Translations under genes and position numbers: made by a program
IMG/VR virus record: IMGVR_UViG_3300009838_000020
DNA: 64,000 bases
From: an uncultured virus (IMG/VR IMGVR_UViG_3300009838_000020)
Lineage: Duplodnaviria > Heunggongvirae > Uroviricota > Caudoviricetes
Reading direction: 5' to 3' (one strand)
Notes under the pieces: generated by a model
What the model was told of the DNA's origin: nothing
The model's database searches: none
What the model saw: the letters and a program-made list of their open reading frames with translations, nothing else
Shown: piece after piece, positions 9,052 to 16,528 of the stretch
Layout of the letters: the number at the start of each line of letters is the position of its first letter
How positions within the stretch are numbered: the first letter of the stretch is position 1

Positions 9052-9354
9052 ATGGATAATTTAATGGAACAAGCAACAGGAATTTTACAAGTTTTATTGA
9101 AAGAAAAAGACTTTCAAGAATTTAAGGAATTAGATGAAAATTATAATTGCTATGAAAAGAAATCAGATACACCTGATGAACATAGAAAGCAAACAATTTC
9201 AAGATTAGAGTATTATATGAAGTTTATGTACAAAGATATGATGCAAGAAGCACCAATGTACTCAACTATGCTTTGTCAAAAAGTAATGGAACGATACGAT
9301 TATTATATGGCTAAATTTCTTGAAAAGCAATCTACGTCAAAAGCTGAGTTATAA
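9052..9354 (+). CDS. cassette 6 hypothetical protein
   Basis: Flanked by GTTATAACTTCGGCTT / AAGCTGAGTTATAAC; the stop is the TAA of TAAC. Confidence 0.65.
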   Translation: MDNLMEQATGILQVLLKEKDFQEFKELDENYNCYEKKSDTPDEHRKQTISRLEYYMKFMYKDMMQEAPMYSTMLCQKVMERYDYYMAKFLEKQSTSKAEL

Positions 9355-10040
9355 CGTGATAGCGGCTTGCCGAAGTGCGGGCAAAGGAAGCACGAACTTT
9401 CAATTAAGCACTAAAGTAAGGTTTTTATTTTTTTTGAGCGTTGGCAAATTGCTGACGATAGGAAGCAAAACAATAACATTTTAAAATTAAAATTATGAGT
9501 TACGATGAAAACAGAATTTCAGACCTGATAGATGGAGGTTTGAAACAACAGCAAGAAAGCATAAAAATTGATTATGCTCTTTATCGAAAAATTACAGATG
9601 AAATCCCTTTGATTAGATTTAACAATTTAAAAGATGCTAAAGAAGAATTTATAAAATCCTCTGACTATACAATGATAATTTGCGAGGTTTCAGAATTGAT
9701 AAATGGTAAAAGGATTATAATGCAAGAGCGAGTTTTAAAAGCACCTCAAATTTGGCTACCTGCCGATAGGTTTATTCCAGAATTTGACGATGATTTTTTA
9801 TGCTACTTAGTTCGTGAAGAAGAGTGCGGAAATATCGTAAAATGGCAAGAGGTATTGCGATTTGAAAAATTGGAATGGCAAAAAAGAAGCGATACTTGTG
9901 TAACACATTGGATGATTGTCGAAGACCCTATTTTGGGTGCAGATTTTAAAAAAGCGTTGGAGAAAAAAATAAAAACCGAGAAAGGAAGCACTAAAGATGA
10001 ATTTAGCACTTAACCCCGCATTTTGGCAAACTGCCTGTTA
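9352..10040. repeat. attC-like hairpin site 6, expanded by a gene inserted in its loop
   Basis: Arms GCGGCTTGCCGAAGTGCGGG (9362) and CCCGCATTTTGGCAAACTGC (10015) lie ~650 bp apart. Confidence 0.75.
9495..10013 (+). CDS. hypothetical protein (C-terminal DUF551-like W..A.R.IPE...VTHWM) nested in site 6
   Basis: 172 aa ORF lying mostly between AGCGTTGG direct repeats. Confidence 0.6.
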   Translation: MSYDENRISDLIDGGLKQQQESIKIDYALYRKITDEIPLIRFNNLKDAKEEFIKSSDYTMIICEVSELINGKRIIMQERVLKAPQIWLPADRFIPEFDDDFLCYLVREEECGNIVKWQEVLRFEKLEWQKRSDTCVTHWMIVEDPILGADFKKALEKKIKTEKGSTKDEFST

Positions 10041-10065
10041 TACGGTCGTTTTAATGCCGTATAAC
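10037..10065. repeat. empty cassette 7 (29 bp palindrome)
   Basis: GTTATACGGTCGTT-TT-AATGCCGTATAAC. Confidence 0.75.
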
Positions 10066-10186
10066 GTTTTGCAGATATACCCAGTTTGGGTTTAAATAGT
10101 AGAAACTTAAAATTAAGATAAAATGAATAAAAATGTAGAAGAATCAAGATTTAAACAGAACCCCAAATTGGGTATATCTGTTGTTA
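10062..10186. repeat. attC-like hairpin site 7 (125 bp)
   Basis: TAAC-GTTTT-GCAGATATACCCAGTTTGGG...CCCAAATTGGGTATATCTGT-T-GTTA. Confidence 0.8.
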
Positions 10187-10338
10187 TGCCACGTTTTTTA
10201 TTACGTCCATTTTACCTACTCTTAAAAAAAGATATGGTAAAGAGGTTAAGTGAAAAACATGGTGAGCAATTTATTGACGATGTTATGGAAACATTCGGAA
10301 TGCCAACAAATTTAATGGACAAATATTATAAAAAATAG
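10123..10338 (+). CDS. cassette 8 protein a, starts inside the hairpin loop
   Basis: ATG lies in the site-7 loop; the frame reads PKLGISVVMPRF through the arm and GTTA box. Confidence 0.6.
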   Translation: MNKNVEESRFKQNPKLGISVVMPRFLLRPFYLLLKKDMVKRLSEKHGEQFIDDVMETFGMPTNLMDKYYKK

Positions 10339-10342
10339 AAAT

Positions 10343-10531
10343 ATGCAAGTAAATACAAGTGAAGTAGTTGAATGTGGTAATAAATTGTATTACGACATTA
10401 ACCCAAATAGTAAAATGGATGTACCATCTATGTTCTATGTTAGGTTAGAAAAAGAGTGGGTAAAATGGAAAGAAAGTGGGAGTGAATTATCATTCTACGA
10501 TTTCTGTAAGTCGCAGTTAAATGTGGCATAA
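10343..10531 (+). CDS. cassette 8 protein b
   Basis: Stop is the TAA of AAATGTGGCATAAC. Confidence 0.6.
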   Translation: MQVNTSEVVECGNKLYYDINPNSKMDVPSMFYVRLEKEWVKWKESGSELSFYDFCKSQLNVA

Positions 10532-10655
10532 CGGCGGAGCATTGCCGAAGAAGCGAAAAAAATAAGCGAGTACTTTCGGTTTAAAAACCAAAATAACAGA
10601 TACAAAACCAATATCATAGTTTGCCTTAACTCGCTTTTTTGGCAATGCTATGTTA
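10529..10655. repeat. attC-like hairpin site 8 (127 bp)
   Basis: TAAC-GGCGG-AGCATTGCCGAAGAAGCGA...TCGCTTTTTTGGCAATGCT-AT-GTTA. Confidence 0.8.
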
Positions 10656-10670
10656 ACAGTAGCTTATATT

Positions 10671-11174
10671 ATGGCAAAAGTAATAACGTTTTCTCAAAAG
10701 TTTCCAAGCTATCATCCAAAAGCTGGACAACCTACATATTTTGTAGAAGCATTTTATAAATCATTATTCGTGATGAAATGTTTACCAAAAGAATTAGAAG
10801 AAAGTTTTAATCACGAAGTTTTTTTAAATGGAAAGACTAAACATCATACAGTTAGAAGTGGCAATAGATTTAAAAAAGGCGACTTTTTTAGTCCAAGAGT
10901 TTGGGGAACTGATGTAAATCCAAAAAGCGGTAAAAGTGGAGCTTACCACTCAAAGCAAATAATTTTATCTCACGATACTGAAATAAAGAATGTTTGGGAT
11001 ATTGAAATAAACGAAGCAACCGAAATTTCAATTAATGGAAAATTTATTTCTTATGGTTGGGAAGTAGAATTAGCAAATAATGACGGATTAAGTTGGCAAG
11101 AATTTAACGATTGGTTTTCAAAACTACCATTCAAAGGGCAAATAATCTGCTGGAACGATGAAGTTTCTTATTAA
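10671..11174 (+). CDS. cassette 9 ASCH/PUA-like phage protein
   Basis: K.HTVR.G.RFK.GD...LANNDGL...F..WF pattern; flanked by GTTAACAGTAGCTTA / TAAGTTACTGTTAAC. Confidence 0.55.
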   Translation: MAKVITFSQKFPSYHPKAGQPTYFVEAFYKSLFVMKCLPKELEESFNHEVFLNGKTKHHTVRSGNRFKKGDFFSPRVWGTDVNPKSGKSGAYHSKQIILSHDTEIKNVWDIEINEATEISINGKFISYGWEVELANNDGLSWQEFNDWFSKLPFKGQIICWNDEVSY

Positions 11175-11182
11175 GTTACTGT

Positions 11183-11308
11183 TAACGGCGGACGCTAACC
11201 GATGTTCAGGAAAAGTAAGGACTGAACTTTCGGATGATGACTAGACTTACAGACACAAAAAGACAATTGAATTAAACCAAAAGCCTGAATAGCGGTTAAC
11301 GTATGTTA
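11183..11308. repeat. attC-like hairpin site 9 (126 bp)
   Basis: TAAC-GGCGG-ACGCTAACCGATGTTCAGG...CCTGAATAGCGGTTAACGT-AT-GTTA. Confidence 0.8.
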
Positions 11309-11336
11309 TCACTTCGGCTTTTTATTCACAACTATT

Positions 11337-11570
11337 ATGAACGAAAAAGAATTGAAAAAAGAGCAGTTTATCGCAAAAGCGATGGAGAATAAAAAGAAAT
11401 TTGAAATACATAAAAGACTTATTGAAGAAAATTTATGTATTGGTGGCGAAATGTACATTAAAGATTTGAAAGTATTTGCCGAAAGACAAGTAGTAGATAA
11501 TCAATTACTTTTAAACTTAATGCAATATGCAGAAAGTTTTGCTAAAGAATATGCCGAATTGCAAAAATGA
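11337..11570 (+). CDS. cassette 10 protein a
   Basis: 77 aa ORF after GTTATCACTTCGGCTT. Confidence 0.6.
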   Translation: MNEKELKKEQFIAKAMENKKKFEIHKRLIEENLCIGGEMYIKDLKVFAERQVVDNQLLLNLMQYAESFAKEYAELQK

Positions 11571-11857
11571 GAACAAAAACAACATCAAAAATTTTTTCTG
11601 AAACGTCAGAAGAAACAAAAGAAAAAGTAAGAAATAATGCTAACAATTTAATAAACAAAAAAATGGTCACACAAAAAATGACAACACAAGAAAAAGCGTC
11701 AGAATTAGTGCAGGATTTAGGTTTAAATCACGCTATTTATGTTACTGAAGAAGTAATAACCATTCTTAAAGATTGGGATGGAACTGAATTAGCTCAAAAA
11801 GATTGGATTGAAATTAAAGAAATCATAGAAAGTATAGAACCAATAACCTTAAAATAA
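11567..11857 (+). CDS. cassette 10 protein b
   Basis: 96 aa ORF, ATGA overlap. Confidence 0.55.
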   Translation: MRTKTTSKIFSETSEETKEKVRNNANNLINKKMVTQKMTTQEKASELVQDLGLNHAIYVTEEVITILKDWDGTELAQKDWIEIKEIIESIEPITLK

Positions 11858-11864
11858 TAAAAAA

Positions 11865-12110
11865 ATGAACATTCAAGACGAAGTACAAAAAATCCATAAT
11901 CAATATGGAACAACCGAAATGGCAAACTATCAAATTGAAAAACTATTTGATAAAAAAATGAAAGAAGATAATCACACTCTTTTAGAAAAAATCAAAAACG
12001 GATTTGATGATATTTTTAAAAGTGAAAAACCACAATTAAAGGCTTTTGAAATTTATTATAATATTTATGGTAAATATCACCGCTTAGACCGTTCCAACGA
12101 AGCTGAGTGA
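11865..12110 (+). CDS. cassette 10 protein c
   Basis: Ends within AAGCTGAGTGATAAC (12100-12114). Confidence 0.6.
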   Translation: MNIQDEVQKIHNQYGTTEMANYQIEKLFDKKMKEDNHTLLEKIKNGFDDIFKSEKPQLKAFEIYYNIYGKYHRLDRSNEAE

Positions 12111-12137
12111 TAACTCGTAGATAACACTTACTAAATT

Positions 12138-12374
12138 ATGCAACTGCCTAAAAATAAAGTGATTACAAAGACTTTTAAAAACTACCCTTTTATAGTTTGT
12201 CTTAACGATGGCTTTTTGTATCAGTTGCAACATTGTCCGAGAAAAAGAACCAAATCTTTCAGAAAATTAACCTACAATTTTACTCGTAAAGCATATTATA
12301 TTAACGGGCGGTTGGTTTCTAAAGCAAGACTTACTAAATTAGCCTCACCAAAAAACAATAACAATGGCTTCTAA
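12138..12374 (+). CDS. small basic hypothetical protein right after the array
   Basis: 78 aa, K/R rich. Confidence 0.55.
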   Translation: MQLPKNKVITKTFKNYPFIVCLNDGFLYQLQHCPRKRTKSFRKLTYNFTRKAYYINGRLVSKARLTKLASPKNNNNGF

Positions 12375-13203
12375 ACAACTAATCGAAACACTAGGAATTG
12401 AAGACTACAAAAAGTCAATCTACAAATTTACCTCAGTAGATGCCGATATTAAAAAACTACAGGACACTGGAGAAGATTTTTACGTCAGACGTGGCTCGGA
12501 AGTGGTTGAAATTATCTATGACGGCGTACACTACTTATACAATTCCAAGTCAGGCAACTTTAATAAAAAAAGTATATTTTTATTCAAGCTAGTAAGCAGA
12601 GACGCAAGAGCTTTTATTGAAAAAAATCCGTTTATAAACATCCCAAAACACCAAGAAACCAAGCAATACAATGTATATTACGACGACAGTTATGGCAAAA
12701 TAGTCGGTACTGACCTAAACCACGCTTATTGGAGGCTTGCATACGTGAAAGGGTATATTACCAAAAAAACTTATGAAAATGGCTTAAAAGACAAGTGTAA
12801 GCAAGTTAGAAATGCTTCAATATCTGTGCTGGGAAGAACAAAAAGTTTTGAAAAATACATAAAGGGCAAAAAATTTAGCGATATTGAAACCCAAAAAGAA
12901 GACAAGTTGTTAAAGATTATTTTTAAAGACATTCGGCACACTTGCTTTGCAATTATGAATGAGATTGCTATTATGCTTGGTGATGATTTTGACTGCTACA
13001 AAACAGACTGTATTTATTACAGAGACACCCCAGAAAACAGAAAAATAGTTGAAACTTGTTTGGACACGTATAATCTTGTATACAAGCATCTAGTAGATAA
13101 CTCAATGGACTCTTTTGAAAAACTAGAAACACCAAAAACTTTAAAAAATGGAACAACAAAAAATAGTACAAATAGTAAAATCGATTCTGGAAACAAACGC
13201 TGA
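12364..13203 (+). CDS. minimal family-B DNA polymerase-like palm protein
   Basis: Motifs in order: GTDLNHAYW (A-like), KQVRNASISVLG (B-like), YKTDCIYY (C-like); no exonuclease domain. Confidence 0.5.
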   Translation: MASKQLIETLGIEDYKKSIYKFTSVDADIKKLQDTGEDFYVRRGSEVVEIIYDGVHYLYNSKSGNFNKKSIFLFKLVSRDARAFIEKNPFINIPKHQETKQYNVYYDDSYGKIVGTDLNHAYWRLAYVKGYITKKTYENGLKDKCKQVRNASISVLGRTKSFEKYIKGKKFSDIETQKEDKLLKIIFKDIRHTCFAIMNEIAIMLGDDFDCYKTDCIYYRDTPENRKIVETCLDTYNLVYKHLVDNSMDSFEKLETPKTLKNGTTKNSTNSKIDSGNKR

Positions 13204-13450
13204 GGCTAGGTCAGACAACAACAAGCTTTTCATGCTTTTCATATTTCACTATATCCACAAAGATGAAATCACAAACTTATCGGCTTATGAGTTTGTAAAT
13301 GCTGTATACTGGCACGACGCAATACCAAGCGTAGAAACGGTTGTTAGAACAGCCAGAAGAGTGAAGCAACAAAATCCAGAGCTAAGAGGTGTAAAAAAAA
13401 CCAATGTTGACCAAAAAAAGCCTATTTTTAGTGTCAAAAACAGAGATTAA
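13148..13450 (+). CDS. hypothetical phage protein
   Basis: ARSDNNKL...PSVETVVRTARRVKQQNPELRG pattern. Confidence 0.6.
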   Translation: MEQQKIVQIVKSILETNAEARSDNNKLFMLFIFHYIHKDEITNLSAYEFVNAVYWHDAIPSVETVVRTARRVKQQNPELRGVKKTNVDQKKPIFSVKNRD

Positions 13451-13546
13451 TGAAAAATAAAAAAGAAATTAAAGTGGAGATTTTAGCGTGGGTTTTTGTA
13501 CTGTTTATTGCTTTCTTGTTTTACAAAATTTACAAAAGCCACAATT

Positions 13547-13578
13547 AAAAAAAGAGCGGTTAACAACTCCGCTCTTTT
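13547..13578. terminator. bidirectional terminator hairpin
   Basis: AAAAGAGCGG-ttaacaact-CCGCTCTTTT. Confidence 0.7.
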
Positions 13579-13698
13579 ACCAAGAAACTTAAAAACACAT
13601 GGACAAGTGCTAATAATACCCAAATTTATATTTTAGCATCCAAATAAACTAAACCGTTGTTGCGGATAATCAAAAAAAAACGAAAAAAAATAATTTCG

Positions 13699-13986
13699 AT
13701 GTCTAAAATAAGATTCTACAAATATTATTTTTCTAACATAGACAAGCCAGTTATCATGGAAGCAGAGTCGAGAATAGATGCCGATGCCATGCTGGATACA
13801 CTGGGTCAAAAATCAAACTCCAATATTTCATTAGACCAAGTTATAGATGTTCGTATAGAAACACCTATTGTTGGTATTTCAAAAAGAAAGCGTCGGGGCG
13901 AAAACTATGTTTGGGTAGGCAAAGATTATAGTTCAGACGGCTGGCTACTTGAAAGCGAATTTAATAAAATTAACAAAAATGAATAG
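13699..13986 (+). CDS. hypothetical protein
   Basis: ATG 13699 (MSKIRFYK...). Confidence 0.55.
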   Translation: MSKIRFYKYYFSNIDKPVIMEAESRIDADAMLDTLGQKSNSNISLDQVIDVRIETPIVGISKRKRRGENYVWVGKDYSSDGWLLESEFNKINKNE

Positions 13987-14224
13987 AGACTTTTTTAATC
14001 TACAGAAACCAAAAAAAATATTTAGCCTACAACTTACAGAAACTCCAAGCGGTAAATTTCACCGATGCTTATTTCAAGGTATTCCAATTACAGAGGAAGA
14101 GCTTTTAAACAGAATACTTAAAGTCCAAAAAAAGAACGAACCAATATCAAAAATGGTACTTGATTACTCAAAACAAAACAGAATATTTAATTTGCGTATA
14201 AGACGCTTAAAATCAGTTTCATAG
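13949..14224 (+). CDS. hypothetical protein
   Basis: ORF; start probably at the internal Met (MNRDFF). Confidence 0.45.
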   Translation: MKANLIKLTKMNRDFFNLQKPKKIFSLQLTETPSGKFHRCLFQGIPITEEELLNRILKVQKKNEPISKMVLDYSKQNRIFNLRIRRLKSVS

Positions 14225-14324
14225 CTTCTTTTTTATTATTTTTAAAAATATTTCTTTTACAAATGTTTTGTATTTTAAAAAATATATTTATATTTGTGCT
14301 GTAACAACATTAAAAAGAACAAAA

Positions 14325-14723
14325 ATGGAAACTTATTTGTTGACAATTGAATTTAGATATGCAGACGCTCCTAACGCAAAACTAGACTCCACAGTAAGAG
14401 ACAAAATTATTACAATTGGAACTTATGACGACTTTGAACTCGCTTGTATTCATGGTAACAAAGCTCTCGAAACTCTTGAAAGCAGATTTGAACTACACCG
14501 ATTTCCTGACGGTAGTTTAGCTGAAAAATACCGATTCAGCACAAACGGAGGATGTTTTGGTGGTAAAAATAATTTAGTGACAAATTTAGCTTACCTAAAA
14601 ACTCCTTTTCATTTTTATGCCAAAATAACAACTCAAAAACATGGTGACATAAACGAAACTGTTGACGAGGTGCTTGCTTCCCTAAAAAGACACAAACAAT
14701 ATTTAACTGAAAACCAAGAATAA
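14325..14723 (+). CDS. hypothetical protein
   Basis: ATG follows the TATATTTG promoter at 14289. Confidence 0.6.
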   Translation: METYLLTIEFRYADAPNAKLDSTVRDKIITIGTYDDFELACIHGNKALETLESRFELHRFPDGSLAEKYRFSTNGGCFGGKNNLVTNLAYLKTPFHFYAKITTQKHGDINETVDEVLASLKRHKQYLTENQE

Positions 14724-14872
14724 AAAAAACCCTTATAAAAATGAAAACGATAATCACTTTAATTCTAGCAACAATAGGTTTGCTTTCAAAAACAACCGAG
14801 CTTTCAATAGCTTGCCTAATTCTTATTTTATTAATCATGGCTTACCAGCCAGCAAAAAAACAACTTTAAAAA

Positions 14873-15493
14873 ATGAAAACCTTTATTAAATTTTTAACAA
14901 TCTGCTTTTGTGCCTTAATAGCCCAAACAAGCAAAGCACAAGAAAAATTCAGCACTTATGACAACACTTATAGTGATAAAACATACGAAATTAAAGTGTT
15001 CTCGAAAGAAAAAGACAAATTTTCCCTATACATTGATGCCCTCTCATTAGATGCCACGTACGAAAAAGGTGGGATATACATGGATGAAAAACAGCACGAA
15101 ATTTTTTTAAACGCAATTACCGAAGCTAAGACAAAATATGCGGAGTGGGTAAAAACAGCAAAAGAAAATAATGTGAAAGAACTTCATAAATTAATAGCTG
15201 TCAAAAGCAAAGTTAGTGGCTATTTTATGTATGGTAGCAAATGGAATTTTCAGTTTACAGTAAATCTAAAATTTGAGTTTAAAATTTTAGAAAGTGTGGG
15301 AGAAACCAAATACTTACTGATAATAAGAACTGGTGAATTACAATCTTCGAGCAATCAGTTTATTAAAGTAGACGGTTTCGTTTTAGTGTTCGGGTCAGTG
15401 GCAGAAATTGAAGAATTTACCACCATAATATTAAAAGAAAAAGTTTTAGATTTTGTAAACGCACCAAAAAAAGAAGAGCTGTTTAAAGATTAA
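14873..15493 (+). CDS. exported protein with signal peptide
   Basis: MKTFIKFLTICFCALIAQTSKA|QEK, a Bacteroidota-style signal peptide followed by Gln. Confidence 0.65.
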   Translation: MKTFIKFLTICFCALIAQTSKAQEKFSTYDNTYSDKTYEIKVFSKEKDKFSLYIDALSLDATYEKGGIYMDEKQHEIFLNAITEAKTKYAEWVKTAKENNVKELHKLIAVKSKVSGYFMYGSKWNFQFTVNLKFEFKILESVGETKYLLIIRTGELQSSSNQFIKVDGFVLVFGSVAEIEEFTTIILKEKVLDFVNAPKKEELFKD

Positions 15494-15506
15494 AAAATGT
15501 AGTGCA

Positions 15507-15878
15507 ATGAAAAAAGATGTTCCAATAACAAGAAGTGAGTGGGAAGGTGTTTTAGAAAACATGACCAAGTTCAATAGAAATAGCGGGTATGTTGATTTTA
15601 TCGACTTCAATAACGGAAAGGTACAGCTTACTTTTTTTGACCACGACCCTAGAATAAACGGAATCAAAGCTCTTGCGGTAACAAGAACTTCTGTTATAGA
15701 GGCTATTTTAGCCTATCCAGAAACTAATATTGCCGAAAGTCAATTTGGAGTACACCAGAGCCATTGTTGCGAGCAAGAAGGCTGTAAATATGGTTGCAAA
15801 GACTGTCCAGTTGTTTTAAGAATTGTCAAACAAAAATACGCTTGTGAAGGCTGTGATTGCGGTTTCAAAAATTGTTAG
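15507..15878 (+). CDS. Cys-rich hypothetical phage protein
   Basis: GVHQSHCC...GCKYG...CPVV...Q.Y.CE.C. Confidence 0.6.
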   Translation: MKKDVPITRSEWEGVLENMTKFNRNSGYVDFIDFNNGKVQLTFFDHDPRINGIKALAVTRTSVIEAILAYPETNIAESQFGVHQSHCCEQEGCKYGCKDCPVVLRIVKQKYACEGCDCGFKNC

Positions 15879-15904
15879 TATATTTAACAAAAAACAACAA
15901 CAAC

Positions 15905-16426
15905 ATGAAAAAATTTATTCTTTTTATTTTTTTATTTTCATTATCCTTTTCGCATTCACAAATAAAAAAAGGTGAAAGTGTTTATGGGGCTATCAATATT
16001 AGCTCAGACCCTTATGCTATCTATAAAGAAGGTGGTATCAATATTTCTTTTGAATACGAAAAAGTTGAAAGACTAGCTTATGTTAAGGCTGGAGCTGAAT
16101 TTTTTCCTGTTTTAGATGGTGGTTATAACTTTTTTTACACTGGTGCTGGATTTAATTTAAAGATTGGTCATTTTGATAATTGGAGGCTGTTTTCTGGAGT
16201 TAAAGCTGGTGCTGTGCTTAGAGGCAGTCATAGCTATGGTAATTACGGAGGTGAGGCTGGTGTAAACTATATTTTTCCAAACGGTGCTATTCTAGGTCTA
16301 AAAACAGACGCTATTTATAGAAGTGATTTTTTATATTGGAATGGAGACCCCGAATTTGTAGGTAGTGGATATATCACTTTAGCGTTTAAAATAGATAAAA
16401 AAAGTAAGAGCCAGATTGTAAAATAA
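15905..16426 (+). CDS. putative outer-membrane beta-barrel protein
   Basis: Signal peptide, then alternating Gly/aromatic strands (YTGAGFNL, GGEAGVNY, GYITLAFKI). Confidence 0.6.
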   Translation: MKKFILFIFLFSLSFSHSQIKKGESVYGAINISSDPYAIYKEGGINISFEYEKVERLAYVKAGAEFFPVLDGGYNFFYTGAGFNLKIGHFDNWRLFSGVKAGAVLRGSHSYGNYGGEAGVNYIFPNGAILGLKTDAIYRSDFLYWNGDPEFVGSGYITLAFKIDKKSKSQIVK

Positions 16427-16500
16427 CTTTTAATACATTATATTTGTAGTGTATATTTTTCACATTGCCTGTGTTACTATTACAAAATGATGTTGCTTGT

Positions 16501-16528
16501 AAAACCCTCTCAAAAAGAGGGTTTTTTT
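16501..16528. terminator. bidirectional terminator at the strand switch
   Basis: AAAACCCTCT-caaaa-AGAGGGTTTTTTT between convergent gene blocks. Confidence 0.8.

Larger units (their letters stand above)
6862..12127. mobile_element. integron-like gene cassette array (10 cassettes, no integrase in window)
   Basis: Each cassette is bounded by its own GTTA-N/N-TAAC inverted repeat; cassettes are separated by 125-127 bp imperfect hairpins. Confidence 0.8.

Noticed and set aside
7355..11308. Intergenic hairpins as simple rho-independent terminators
   Set aside because: Loops are ~70-85 nt, there is no U tract after the stem, the length is fixed at 125-127 bp, and terminators do not explain the gene-flanking inverted boxes.
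6862..12127. CRISPR array or REP/IS-type repeats
   Set aside because: The repeats are not sequence-identical, the intervening segments are whole genes of variable length, and no cas or transposase gene is present.
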